Assembly (NCBI RefSeq): GCF_000400465.1
Contig: NW_008806289.1
Location: forward strand, 180,001 to 242,000
From: Wallemia ichthyophaga EXF-994
Taxonomy: Eukaryota > Fungi > Basidiomycota
Length of the DNA stretch: 62,000 nt
Direction of reading: 5' to 3'
The notes beneath the pieces were generated by a model. It ran no database searches. It was not told the origin of the DNA and saw only the letters and a list, made by a program, of their open reading frames with translations. Position 1 is the first letter of the stretch. The number at the start of each line of letters is the position of its first letter. Below are positions 1-12,243 of this stretch, piece after piece. Both the position numbers and the translations under genes were made by a program.

Positions 1-1213
1 TACTACGTATGCCCGAAAATGACGCTGATACAGATCGATTGAGAGACATGGTACAGAAAAGGGACGTTCAAGACGACGTTTGGTTTAAATTTAAAGATAG
101 CAGGAGAGCTCAGTTTCATATTGGCGAGAAGCTTAGATCTGCAAAGCTAGTTGACTTACCTACGATCATTGAATCACAGAAAACACTGGATAACAAGCAA
201 ATGTTTAAGATTGCTGATATTTGTCAAGTGAGTTATGCTTTATGGCTCCTTGACACAATAATTAACATTTTCTAAAGATGTTGGTTGTTGGAGATGAAAT
301 TCAGCCAGATGCACCTGAAACTAAAGCTTTTAACACCAACGAGTATGTTTATCCTCATGGTATAACACCACCTATGAAGCACGCGCGTAAGAGAAGGTTT
401 AGAAAGCGTGTTAATCGTCAAACAATTGAAACTGTCGAAGAAGAAGTTGAAAGATTACTTACGCAAGACGCAAAGTCTGATAAGGTGGAATATGATGTTT
501 TAGATAGAACAGCATTCGAAGCAGAGATTGCACAAGATGAATCTGAAGCTGGTACACCATATCCATACCCTGAAGAAAGCTTTAACGCAACACCACGTGC
601 AGAGTCAGAAGTTGGCAGTTTGATGGGTGATAGAGAAGAAGAAGAAGAGGAAGAGGAAGGAGGCGATCTTGATATGGATCTTGCTGCTGAAATTGATAAA
701 GAAATGGAGAATCAAGGTAAAGATGAGGATGATGATGATGATGATGATGAGGATGATAGTAGTAGTGAAGAAGAAATTGAAGAAGAAGAAGAAGAAGAGC
801 AAGAAGGAAATGTAGATAATGTGACTATGGAACTCGCAAGGAGAGGAAAATTGTTAAACGAGGAGATTAGGGATGTTGAGACAGCGCTTTCAAAGAAGAG
901 AGCGGAAACAGCAACAACAGGGAATCCAATCATCAAGAGGAGGTTTGAAGATGCTTTACGGAAATTGCAAGCAGATTTGGATGCTAAGAAGCAGCAATTG
1001 GATGACATACACGAAGAGAGGAGAAGGATAATTGAGGAGAAGAAGGCGGAAGAGGAGAGTGAAGTGATTAGGGCGAATGAAGTTGTTGAGGAATCAGAGC
1101 CACAGCCAGAGCAGACACAAGTAGCGCCACTACCAGAACCAGAGCCAGAGCCAGAGCCAGCAGGACAAGAGCAAGTAACAATGGAAGTAGATAAAGCGTT
1201 ATTTGAAGTTTAA
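1..1213 (+). CDS. TAF7: TFIID subunit 7 (5'-partial, 1 intron 228-277)
   Basis: TAFII55_N motifs AKLVDLPTIIESQKT...FKIADICQ|MLVV and YPHGITPPMKHARKRRFRK. GTGAGT...AAG intron joins the two ORFs. Acidic linker and C-terminal coiled coil. Confidence 0.9.
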
Positions 1214-1276
1214 ATTTTTATAATTAATTGAATTTAATGATTTATTTAGCCTGTTAATCTGTAACGCTGAGGAGAT

Positions 1277-4200
1277 ATGGATGACTACGCAGATGAATTG
1301 ATAAATCAAGAGGATTGCTGGACAGTGATTTCATCCTTCTTTGATGAGAAAGGATTGGTTAGGCAGCAGATAGAATCATTTGATGAATTCGTGCAGAACA
1401 CGATGCAGGAAATTGTAGATGAGAATCAAAGGCTCACGCTTGATCAGTTTAATCAGTACACTCAGCATAAGAACGATACAACTAGAAGATACGAAATTGA
1501 ATTCGGTCAAATTTATTTATCCAGGCCAACTATGACTGAGGCCGATGGCAGCGTTAGCCCTATGTTCCCACATGAAGCGAGACTTAGAAATTTAACTTAT
1601 TCTGCTCCACTTTATATCGATATGAAAAAGAAGGTTCTTATTCAAGTTGAGGACGACGAGACTGGCGATTTGGTTTGGGTTCCCGAGTACGACGACGAAT
1701 CTGACGAGAACATCAAAGTTTGGATTGGTAAGGTTCCAATCATGCTTAAGAGTTCCTTCTGTAACTTGAGCAATGTTGATTCTTCACGATTGGCTGAGTT
1801 GAACGAATGTCCTTTCGATCAGGTTTGTCTGCTCGACACATCCGTTTCACTTCTAAACTTCCTCATAGGGTGGTTACTTCATCATCAATGGCTCTGAGAA
1901 AGTCTTGATTGCTCAAGAAAGACTGGCTGCAAACCATGTCTACATCTTCGCAAAAGCTGAACCTTCTCCCGTCTCCTACCAAGCTGAAATTAGATCTGCT
2001 ATGGAGAAAGGTGGAAAGACCGTTTCCTCTATGCAAATCAAAATGTTCAGAAGACCTCAAGGTAACGCTCAGGCTGATACTATGAGAGCTACTATACCAT
2101 ACATCAAAAACGAAATTCCTGTCATCATTGTCTTTAGAGCTTTGGGTATCGTCCCTGATAGAGAAATCTTGGAACACATTTGCTTCGATTTCGACGATAG
2201 TCAGATGCTCGATCTCCTCAAACCCTGTATAGAAGAAGCATTTGTTGTACAAGACCAGAACGTGGCATTGGACTTTATTGGTAGGAGAGGTACTACTACT
2301 GGTCTTTCAAAGGATAAGCGTATCAGATACGCCAAGGACATACTTCAAAAAGAGATGTTGCCGCACGTTGCCACTAATGAAGGCTCTGAAACTAAGAAAG
2401 CCTACTTCTTTGGTTATATGATCCACAGACTCATGTTGGCTAGATTGGAAAGAAGAGAATTGGATGATAGAGATCATTTTGGAAAAAAGAGATTAGATTT
2501 GGGTGGTCCTTTGCTTGCTAGTTTATTCAGAATGCTTTTCAGGAAGCTCAGCAAGGACGTTTACAGGTACATGCAGAAGTGCGTTGAAACACATAAGGAA
2601 TTCAATCTCAACCAAGCTGTCAAAGCCAACACAATCACAAATGGTCTCAAATATTCCCTTGCAACTGGTAATTGGGGTGATCAAAAGAAGTTTATGCAAG
2701 CAAGAGCTGGTGTCTCACAGGTTTTGAACAGATACACCTTCGCATCGACTCTCTCTCACTTGAGAAGATGTAACACACCAATTGGTAGAGACGGTAAAAT
2801 TGCTAAACCACGTCAACTTCATAACACTCACTGGGGTATGGTATGTCCTGCTGAGACTCCTGAAGGTCAAGCTTGTGGTTTGGTCAAGAACCTTGCTCTT
2901 ATGGCCAACGTTTCTACTGGTGAAACATCTGCACCAATCCAAGACTTCTTGCAAGAGTGGGGTATGGAAGAACTTGAAGAGTTTAACCCACGTTCAAACC
3001 AAATCAAGGTTTTTGTTAATGGTGTCTGGATTGGTGTTCACAGAGACCCAACAAACCTGGTAAAGACTCTCAAAAAGCTTCGTCGCGATAGTGACATTCC
3101 TCACGAAGTATCTATCGTTAGAGATGTTAGAGAAAAGGAGCTAAAAGTTTTCACTGATGCGGGACGTGTTTGCAGACCGATCTTCTTAGTTGACGAGGAA
3201 TCTCAAAAGCTGATGATCAATAAGTCACACATTGCTAAGATTGAAGCAAACAATCTTGGCGAAGATGAGGATCCAGAACATCCATACAATTGGGCCAGAT
3301 TGATGTCCGACGGTGTTATGGAATTGGTAGATGCAGAGGAGGAAGAAACGCTTATGATCTGTATGACGCCCGATGAACTTGAACACTCGAGACAGGGCTT
3401 TATTCCACAAGATGAAGAATTTGATCCTGCTGCAAGAATTAAGTCAGCATCTACATTAGACACTCACACATGGACACACTGTGAGATCCACCCAAGTATG
3501 ATTCTCGGTATTTGTGCATCTATCATTCCATTCCCCGATCACAACCAGTCCCCAAGAAATACCTATCAATCAGCTATGGGTAAGCAAGCGATGGGTGTTC
3601 ACTTGACCAATTTCCAGCAAAGAATGGACACACTTTCAAACATTCTTTACTATCCACAAAAGCCACTGGCAACAACAAGATCTATGGAGTATCTCAGATT
3701 CAGAGAATTACCTGCAGGTCAAAATGCTATCGTCGCCATTCTTTGTTACTCTGGTTACAATCAAGAAGATTCGGTTATTATGAATCAGTCGGCTATTGAT
3801 AGAGGTTTATTCAGATCCATTTTCTATAGAAGTATGTCTTACTGCCATTACCTATTCATGTCTTACGATGTACTACAGGTTACATGGACACTGAGAAAAA
3901 AGTTGGTACTATGATGTTAGAGGAATTCGAAAAACCCACAAGAGACACTACCTTAAGAATGAAGCACGGTACATACGACAAGATAGATGATGATGGATTA
4001 ATCGCTCCAGGTACTCCAGTAAACGGTGATGATATCATCATAGGCAAGACTGCTCCAATACCAGCAGACTCAGAAGAGTTAGGCCAGCGTACAAAGTTAC
4101 ATACGAAGCGCGACGTGTCTACCCCATTGAAGTCGACAGAGGAGGGTACAGTTGATCAAGTTCTGGTCACAACAAATGCAGATGGATTGAAGTTCTCTAA

Positions 4201-5034
4201 AGTTAGAATGAGATCAACCAGAATACCTCAGATCGGTGATAAATTTGCATCTAGGCACGGTCAAAAGGGTACAATCGGTATCACGTATCGTAATGAAGAT
4301 ATGCCATTTACGACCGATGGTATCACACCAGATTTAATTATAAACCCACACGCCATTCCTTCACGTATGACAATTGGTCACTTGGTTGAATGTCTATTAT
4401 CCAAGGTATCGACTTTACAAGGCAATGAGGGTGATGCAACACCATTTACAGATGTGACTGTTGAGTCCATTTCATCTATTTTGCAAGAAAGAGGCTACCA
4501 AAAGAGAGGTTTGGAGGTTATGTACAACGGTCACACTGGTAGAAAATTACAAGCGCAGGTGTACATCGGACCAACATACTATCAGAGACTGAAGCACATG
4601 GTTGACGATAAAATTCACGCAAGAGCTCGTGGACCTGTACAAATACTTACAAGACAGCCTGTTGAAGGTAGATCTAGGGACGGTGGTCTTCGTTTCGGTG
4701 AGATGGAAGTGAGTATAGAAGTTGATTCGATAGCCACTGCTAATGAAACATAAAGCGTGATTGTATGATTGCGCACGGTGTTGCTGCCTTCCTCAAAGAG
4801 CGTCTATTCGATGCATCGGACGCTTACAGACTGCACGTCTGCGATCTTTGCGGTATGACAGCTATTGCCAACCTCAAGAAGCAAACGTTTGAATGTAGAG
4901 CATGTAGAAACAAGACGGACATATCTCAAATCCACGTGCCTTACGCAGCCAAGCTTTTATTCCAAGAGCTGCAATCTATGGGTATATCACCAAGGTTATA
5001 TTCTGATGTCAGTAACTCGGGTGGTGTACGTTAA
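1277..5034 (+). CDS. RPB2: RNA polymerase II second-largest subunit (3 introns)
   Basis: [55 protein letters not shown]|RDC and the C-terminal CDLC...CRAC zinc site. Confidence 0.99.
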
Positions 5035-5138
5035 GTTAATTTAATGGCAAAATGTCATAATGTATATTACAATTTTAAGTATTTTACTTGAGTCTTGCGT
5101 GTTGAGATTATTGGATGGTGACACAGTTAAAAGTAACC

Positions 5139-5341
5139 CTATGTAGGACTCTTTGCATTTGGAGCTACTGTCTCTTCAGTTTTCTTTCTAAGTTTTGTGA
5201 GCAAACATAAGCAAATGAAAGCGGCGCCTACTCGTCTTTGACGTCTCTGCTGGCTTGTCGAAGGGGGACACTGAAGATATAATATCCGGACATGACACCA
5301 ATTGTGCTAGCTACCAGTAGTGGTGTCACTTTTCCTCGCAT
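5139..5341 (-). CDS. 52-aa single-TM microprotein (2 exons, intron 5188-5231)
   Basis: Spliced reading MRGKVTPLLVASTIGVMSGYYIFSVPLRQASRDVKDE|KKTEETVAPNAKSPT*. The 44-nt GTAGGC...GCTCAC...TAG intron removes the apparent stop. Confidence 0.6.
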
Positions 5342-5405
5342 TTTACGTGATGGTGGGTTGAAGTAACCTGTATCGCTGCAACGTCCAAATTCAAAAGGCA
5401 AAAGA

Positions 5406-6105
5406 ATGCATATAGCTGTGCAATTACTGATAGCTATTATTATATCAGAATTCATCGCTGTTATTCCACAGGATGTCGTTCAATCGCTTGTACGTTGCCG
5501 TGTAATTGATTGGGATTACAGTGCTGATAACAAGATAGATCGAGAGCGTTTACAACTTTACTTTGAATAGATCGCTACTTAACAAGCAGGGTAAACTGAA
5601 GCAGGATATTATGAACACAAAGAAGCAGCTTAACAGCACTTCCTCCCAAGACGAATTCTCTAAATGGGCTAAATTGAAGCGTAATCATGATAAACTGCTC
5701 AAGCAGCACGAGGATACCAAGCAAGAAAACAGCAAAGCTCAGATGATTATAAAACCACTCGTTAAAGTCGTCATGTTCGCTTTACCTTCTGTATTACAAT
5801 TTGGGGTGACTATTGCTAACGGTAAACGCTCAATCATTCACCTCCCACCACACAACTGGTTTGGCAGCGCACTCACCTTGTTATTTAGCTTGCCATTCAG
5901 CCCGAGAGGAACTATCTCTGCTAGCATATATGGTATGGTTGTGAAGAGAGTAGTGAAGCTATTTAGGCAGTTCATACAAGATCTCGGTACAATCATCTTT
6001 GGCGTGAAGAACTCTCAAGCCTCAGCTGCTAGGAGGGATGACTCTAAGCAGGATAAGCAGGAAAATAGCTCAGTGCACACAGCACAACCGGTTAAAACAC
6101 AATAA
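5406..6105 (+). CDS. GET1: GET complex subunit Get1/WRB
   Basis: ATG 5406 hydrophobic N-terminus, GTACGT...GATAG intron, then the CHD5/Get1 motif NSTSSQDEFSKWAKLKRNHDKL followed by TM segments. Confidence 0.85.
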
Positions 6106-6384
6106 TCGCAGGAAGTGTATGATGTGCACATTCGATATATCTATTTGAACGACTTTTATGTGTTGATGAGGGACGCAACGTTTTGGAGTAACAATATGGC
6201 ACTAGATATGTAAATTCAGGCTAATTTAATATGTTTAATTCATATAAACAAGCCTGTTTGCTATCTCAATGTGTCTTCTAATATTATGACGCGCTTTTTT
6301 TAAAAGCAAACGTGTAAATGCATCGAAAATAAAATAATTAAATATGCTAAGTGGTCTATGACACAGTAATCCATGAAGCATTAA

Positions 6385-8359
6385 CTAATGCTTCGATTTT
6401 GGTGGTTTAAGAGCAAGCCAATATGTGAGTGTACCCACGATAATACAGACCCCCACGAGTATACCAAGAATAGCAAAGAACCAATTCAATCCATCGGCAC
6501 TCTCTCCTGGCACGTGAACGTTCATTCCCCACAAACCACAAACAATGTTGATAGGCACAAGGACAGTACCCAAGGCTGTCAACTTTGACAAAACATTATT
6601 GATCTGATTGTTGGCTTCGGTCATCTCAATACTGATTTGAGCAAGGTAATTGGAGTGTGATCTACTGAGAATCTTCTCGTAGTGATTCAAATTCTGAGTC
6701 ATTGTGATCAAGTGATCTTGGATATCACTCAGGTAAAGACCTATGTCGGATTTTGGAGCAACGGTCCAATTCTCGTTGCAGCGTTTAGCTAAACCTTTAA
6801 CGACATCTGCTTTATTACCCATCAATCTGAGCAAACCCATGACTTTTTTACGACAAGTACCAATCCTTCTTAACATATCAGACTGTTCGTTTTCTTTAAG
6901 AATCAATACGAGTTCATCGATTGTGTCGACTTCAAATTCTATTGATTGAATCAGTGGTGCGAATGCGTCTGTAATATCATCGATGAGGGCGTACGATATC
7001 CAATCTGACGTAACGTTGATATAATCCCTAAGCTGCTTTATTCTGCGACGAACATTATGCGGATGTGGCGTTGCTCTGAAATGGAACGACAGCGTGCCTT
7101 CTCTAAATACGATGATGTACATGTTTAGTGGTTCCAGATATGTTGGACTGTGTGGATCTTGATCAAAAGATCTAAAACACACAAGGTAATAATTCCGAAA
7201 GAGTTCAATTTTTTCACGGGACTCCTCCATTTGAATATCTTCAGTGGTAAGAGGGTGGATGCCAAAGACCTACATAATATGTAAGTTGACGATTAATATA
7301 ACAATACCAACCCACTTTACTTAAAGTCCTCATTTCAGAGTCTGTTGGTGATAATACGTCCAGCCACCAGGTATTGGCTTCGCTATCATCTACAGGTGTT
7401 TCATTACCATTTTCCACTCCGATATTCAGTTCAAGTGCATTTTCGTCTAGCTTATCGTTTGATGTGGTAGATTGTTTGCCTTCAAAGAGCTGCTGGAATG
7501 ATTGTCCTAGAGATGGTAGTTCTCCCAGAGATCTGGCATGCACGGTGGCAGGAAGGGAATTAGAGTAAAAGCTGAATCTATAGTCTTTTTCTGCGGTTGT
7601 TGGAATGCGTGGTGGCAGGCTAGGTCTAGGTGCATTATTGTAAGGGTCATTTGAAGGTGGTGGAGGTGGAGGTGATGATCCAGACGGAAAGGTGGGGGGT
7701 GGTGCACCTGAAGAGTCAAAGATTGCGAGATGCCGCTGGTGCATTGGTTCCTTCTTTTCATCGTCTGTTTGCTTTGGAGTTGAAGGCGGAGTTAATCCGG
7801 AATGTGCCCGTTCTGAGAGCTCTAAGCCAGTTGATTCTGCAGCGACATAAGCATCCAGCAAACTAAAATCGAATTTGTTTGGCTTCAGTCTTGTGCCTGA
7901 GCCTATCGCGTCAGTCGAAGGTTGAGCCGATAGTGGTGATGGACGTGTTGGAGGCTTTTCAATCTCTACATCAGAAGATTGTGGGGTGAAACGACCACTT
8001 ATATCTTGGTTGTCGAGCTCTAAACTACCACCTTGCTTTGCTAATTCAATTTGAGCTTCTTCGTCTGCGGATAAAGGGAATAAGAACTGAGGCTTTTCAG
8101 AGCTCGGAGACAAGCCGCCGTCGTCTTCGGGATTATCCGCATTGAGCAATGTCTCATTACGCGGTCGCTTGCTGTAAGAAGGAGTGTGTTGAATGAAAGA
8201 ACCAGCTCTAGCTCTGGATAGTTGCATTACTGAATCAATATCCTGTTGACGCTGACGGTCTTCGTCATTTAAGCGCCTCAAAGAGGATCTTGCGCTTGAG
8301 GGACTGTGTGGAGGCGTGCCGTGTTCAGGCTGATTATCTTGCTTTGTGTTTGATGACAT
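6385..8359 (-). CDS. CorA-family Mg2+ transporter, Alr1/Mnr2 type
   Basis: WWLDVLSPTDSEMRTLSK|VFGIHPLTTEDI, YALIDDITDAF, and the LWGMNV signature between two C-terminal TMs. Long disordered N-terminus. Confidence 0.92.
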
Positions 8360-8604
8360 TCCTGCAATGATTTTAAATTCCTGTTAACATATCTTGCTTA
8401 TATTCTGTGTTCAACTGTAAAAACCGCGGCTTCGACGAATTTGGAGTCCTCAATGTCAGACTTTGAAAGCTCATCTATAATAGGAAACGTACAACGTTTG
8501 GCAGAAAAATTTTTATGTTCTTTTCTGTTTCCTTATGAAAATATCACAATTCGGTATCTGGAACGCATTTCGTTCATCTTCATAACTTAAATTCTTCGCT
8601 ATTA

Positions 8605-9246
8605 TCACAAATTTGATTCAACCCACTCGTATAACTTTAATACGCGTATACTTGGGCGATGAGTAGCTAGCCAATCTGGCCTATATGCTCTCCAGTGCTT
8701 ATCTTGAGGATGCACGTTGAACCTGTAACACACTACGTAATTCCCATTGATTAGCACCGGCGTCGGTATGCTGTCAATATCCTTTAATTTTATCGTAGCC
8801 CCTTGTAAGTATATTATATCCCCTTTTCTACACTTATCCTCGTTGTCCAAGCCTTCCTTGTCGAAGATGCTCATCTCGATTGGGATCCCAGCTTCGTCTG
8901 TGGCAGTGAGATTGAATTTTGCCATTTTCAACCCATTTCTCAGTGTTATAGTATTAGCCTCAACTGAAATCAAAAACACCACAACGTTTATTGGCTGATG
9001 AGATAGATGTTTCGCATTTAAGTAAATGGATTCTAACGAAATGAGGCTATTTACGGAGAAATTGTACGATGGTGGGTTTAGTAAGGATACGTCACTTCTC
9101 TGCGTTATTGTAGCTGCCGTATTTGCTATTTTAGTTGAATCGGAAGACTTGATTGATTTGTGACAAGTAAATGACGTCTGTTGAGGCTTTGCTGTGCTTG
9201 TAGATGAATCCGATACGCTGAATAGCTCCGTGGGTAGCTCTACCAT
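8605..9246 (-). CDS. Hypothetical protein with a probable OB-fold
   Basis: Intronless 213-aa ORF. Beta-strand pattern INVVVFLISV...KFNLTATDE...IEMSIFD...KGDIIYLQGATIK resembles OB-folds (by-eye call). Confidence 0.5.
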   Translation of the reverse strand: MVELPTELFSVSDSSTSTAKPQQTSFTCHKSIKSSDSTKIANTAATITQRSDVSLLNPPSYNFSVNSLISLESIYLNAKHLSHQPINVVVFLISVEANTITLRNGLKMAKFNLTATDEAGIPIEMSIFDKEGLDNEDKCRKGDIIYLQGATIKLKDIDSIPTPVLINGNYVVCYRFNVHPQDKHWRAYRPDWLATHRPSIRVLKLYEWVESNL

Positions 9247-9449
9247 TCAATTAAACACAAATTTCACGCTTCAACACCCGTTAAAGACCCACCTTGGACC
9301 TCTTTGAAGTCGTCTTCTAGCTGAATCCTGACGAATTCCGTTTCCTGATACTCATCGTACAACGGACGCTTATTGGAGAGCTGCTTCTTCGTTGGTGCGC
9401 CTGTGTAAAAATGCATACATAACTTGTTCTATCGAAAGAGCGCCTTTAT

Positions 9450-11023
9450 ATGCTACGCCGTACAAGTCTTCTAGCAAAGCATTATAGGAAATCAATTCCT
9501 GGCTACTCGACTCAATCTAGATCATTCTTTGGTATTGGAGATGTTCTGGGTGAGGCTCTCTCATTCATATCACCCAGGTCTAATCCTCAGTAGGCGCAAT
9601 TGGCAATCCAAAGGAAACACTTTCTCAGATAACTGAAGCAAAGAATGAGCTTGAAAAGGTTAAGAATGAGCTTGTCGAAATGGGAGAGAAAGTTCGTTTA
9701 CCCCCGGTTAGGACTTTTGTGCGACAACCAAACTATTTCTCGAGAAAGCTAGAAGAGGATAGAGTACGCGCAATGCTTGACTCTGATGCTACGTTCACTG
9801 TTTTCTTTGGTGCTGCTTCTACTGGGAAAACGTGCCTGATTCGGCATGTGTTGACTGATAACACAAAGTATATCGTTCTTCCGATTGACTTGAGAATTTC
9901 TGCATTCACGGACCCTGCCACATTTTACATGTCCCTCTCAACACACTTGGAGGCATTCTTCAACGATGTCAGCGAAAGTGTTGACGGATTCGAGGAGTTA
10001 GGACATCGTCTCGGCTTAGGATTTAAGCACGCGAGAATTGATGTCGAAAGAAGGGGCGTTCCTCCTTCGTCTACAGACATAAGCAGACTGATGGAGTTGT
10101 TCCAAAACGCTTTCCTGAACTATTGGAACTACGATCCCTCACTGACAGAAGAAGAGCGAAAGAAATTAGATAACCAATCAACACTACCTGAACCTAAACA
10201 GAGAGTAACTTGTGGTAGCCCTAACAAGTTAAACAGAAAGATACCAGTACTATACATTGACGAAGCACATCGTCTGCCTCAACTGCTCGATACAGAGCAC
10301 TCCGGTACACTAAAAATTATTCTGGATGGCTTAACAGTTCTAACCAAGCAAGAGAGGTTACTGCATACCATATTTTGCACGTCTGATTCTATGTTTATGT
10401 CAACGCTTGTGGATTACAATGTTTTAACACATACACAGGTTCTACATGTCACAGATCCATCGAAGGATTCAATTAGATCCTATTTGAAAGATCATCTACT
10501 CTTACAAATTAATCAATCGCACCTCCATCCCCACATAATTGAAAATTTCGACAACATTTACTCAATCCTTGGTGGAAAGTACATTCACTGGAAGGATTAC
10601 TTGCTTGGAGATTGGCTACATGATGGTTTGAGTCTAACTCAATCAAAGGTCGCTACACATGCCAAAATATCTGTCGAATCACATCTCTATCCATCATCTG
10701 GATTGAGCACTCCACCGAATACTCTTGCTTTGCTGCATGAGATTGCGAAAGCAACAGACGACAATCCACTAGATATTTTTGATGCAAGAAGGAGATTTGG
10801 TCAAGAGGTGGTGGATGCACTCTTGTGTAACAAGATTTTAGAAGTTAGATGGGGGAACGTTATAAGTCGATCAAATTTCCTTGAGAATGCGCACATGAAC
10901 CCCAAACTAGATGGAAGGTCAGACATTAGTGAGAACAAACCGGCCATAAATCCACTTAAGCCAGCATCTTCTGTGATGGGATGGGCGATTAAAGAGGTAT
11001 TGAAGAAGCATGAATTGCAATAG
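9450..11023 (+). CDS. P-loop/AAA+-like ATPase with predicted mitochondrial presequence
   Basis: Upstream exon MLRRTSLLAKHYRKSIPGYSTQSRSFFGIGDVL is spliced into the 9680 ORF. Walker A GAASTGKT, Walker B VLYIDEAH. Confidence 0.75.
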
Positions 11024-11031
11024 TTATACAT

Positions 11032-12133
11032 TTAGCGATAGTAGTTATTTGCGTACGGTTTGAGTGATGACCATAATCCTGAAACAGCCTCAGACAATTC
11101 TTCGGGTAAAGGTCCTTTGTCTAGGTCATCGAGGTTCGATTTGATGTGCTTAACGGAAGATGCACCGATGATGATAGTGTCACCATGCTCTCTCTTGAGC
11201 AAACTGTGATTAGTCAACCATCTCAAAGCGATTTCGGCTTGAGTGAGGGAATACTTGGATGCTAATTCACTGAATTGGTCCAAGACCCTGAAATAACCTT
11301 CGTTAAAATATCTAAGTTGCATGTTAAAAGTAACGTCAAAAGCTTCACATTATCTTACCTGGCCCTGTACATTTTACCCTGGTGACGATTTTCATCAAAA
11401 CGACTGCCTTCATCTACGGGTTGATCAGGCTTGACAGCTCCTGTGAGAAGACCACCAGCAAGCTTCATAATGTTAATGATATCAAAAGCAAGAGATGAAC
11501 ACGCACTGGATTATAAGCGTAAAATCCAATGCCGAATTTGCGCAAAGCAGGGAACAATTCAGGCTCAACAGCTCTATGAATAGCAGAGTAAACACCTTGA
11601 TAGACAGCAGGTTTAATTAAATTGTGCACACGGGCAAGTGTCGCGATCTCAGCGACCTCCCAACTAGCGTAATTAGACAAGCCGAGTTTCTCAAACTTTC
11701 CTGCCTTGTATTGAGTATCTAATGCTTTGAGAGTGTCTAAGAAGTCTGTACTTCTGTCTGGGGCATGAAGATACCAAATTTTGAGCTTATTGACACCCAA
11801 ATTCTTGAGAGATGTGTCAATCTCCTCTTCTATGTCTTGCGCTGTGTGTTTGACACTAGATTTACCACCTGAGAGAGCATTAGAGCTCTGATCGAATGGA
11901 AAAATCTTGGATGACAAATCGTACTTGTTGGAAGCTTGCAAGTGTCCGAGATACTCTTCAGAAGTACCACCGCCATACATTCTAGCAGTATCAATTTCCT
12001 TGTGTCCGTGCTGGCCAAATATATCGATAATTTCCTGGACGGTTTCGTAATCGTGAACTCTGGCCTGCTCTTTGCCTTGTTGACCAAAGGTCATTGCGCC
12101 GAGAACGACTGGTAAAGCTGACTTTTCCGACAT
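11032..12133 (-). CDS. Aldo-keto reductase, AKR7 (aflatoxin aldehyde reductase)-like
   Basis: LGAMTFG, EIDTARMYGGGTSE, YLHAPDR, LGLSNY, FYAYNP, IIIGASSVKH. Intron-split. Confidence 0.9.
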
Positions 12134-12243
12134 TCAGATTCCGATTAAGCAGATGGAGATGATGATGGTAAAGATAAAGGGGTAATCACAGGTGACGCCA
12201 TAACAATTTTGAGTGAATGTAATAATTTATAGTAAAAGTACAA

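Noticed and set aside
605-1008. Poly-F/I, poly-M/K and poly-S ORFs in other frames
   Set aside because: Shadows of the GAA/GAT acidic codon run in TAF7.
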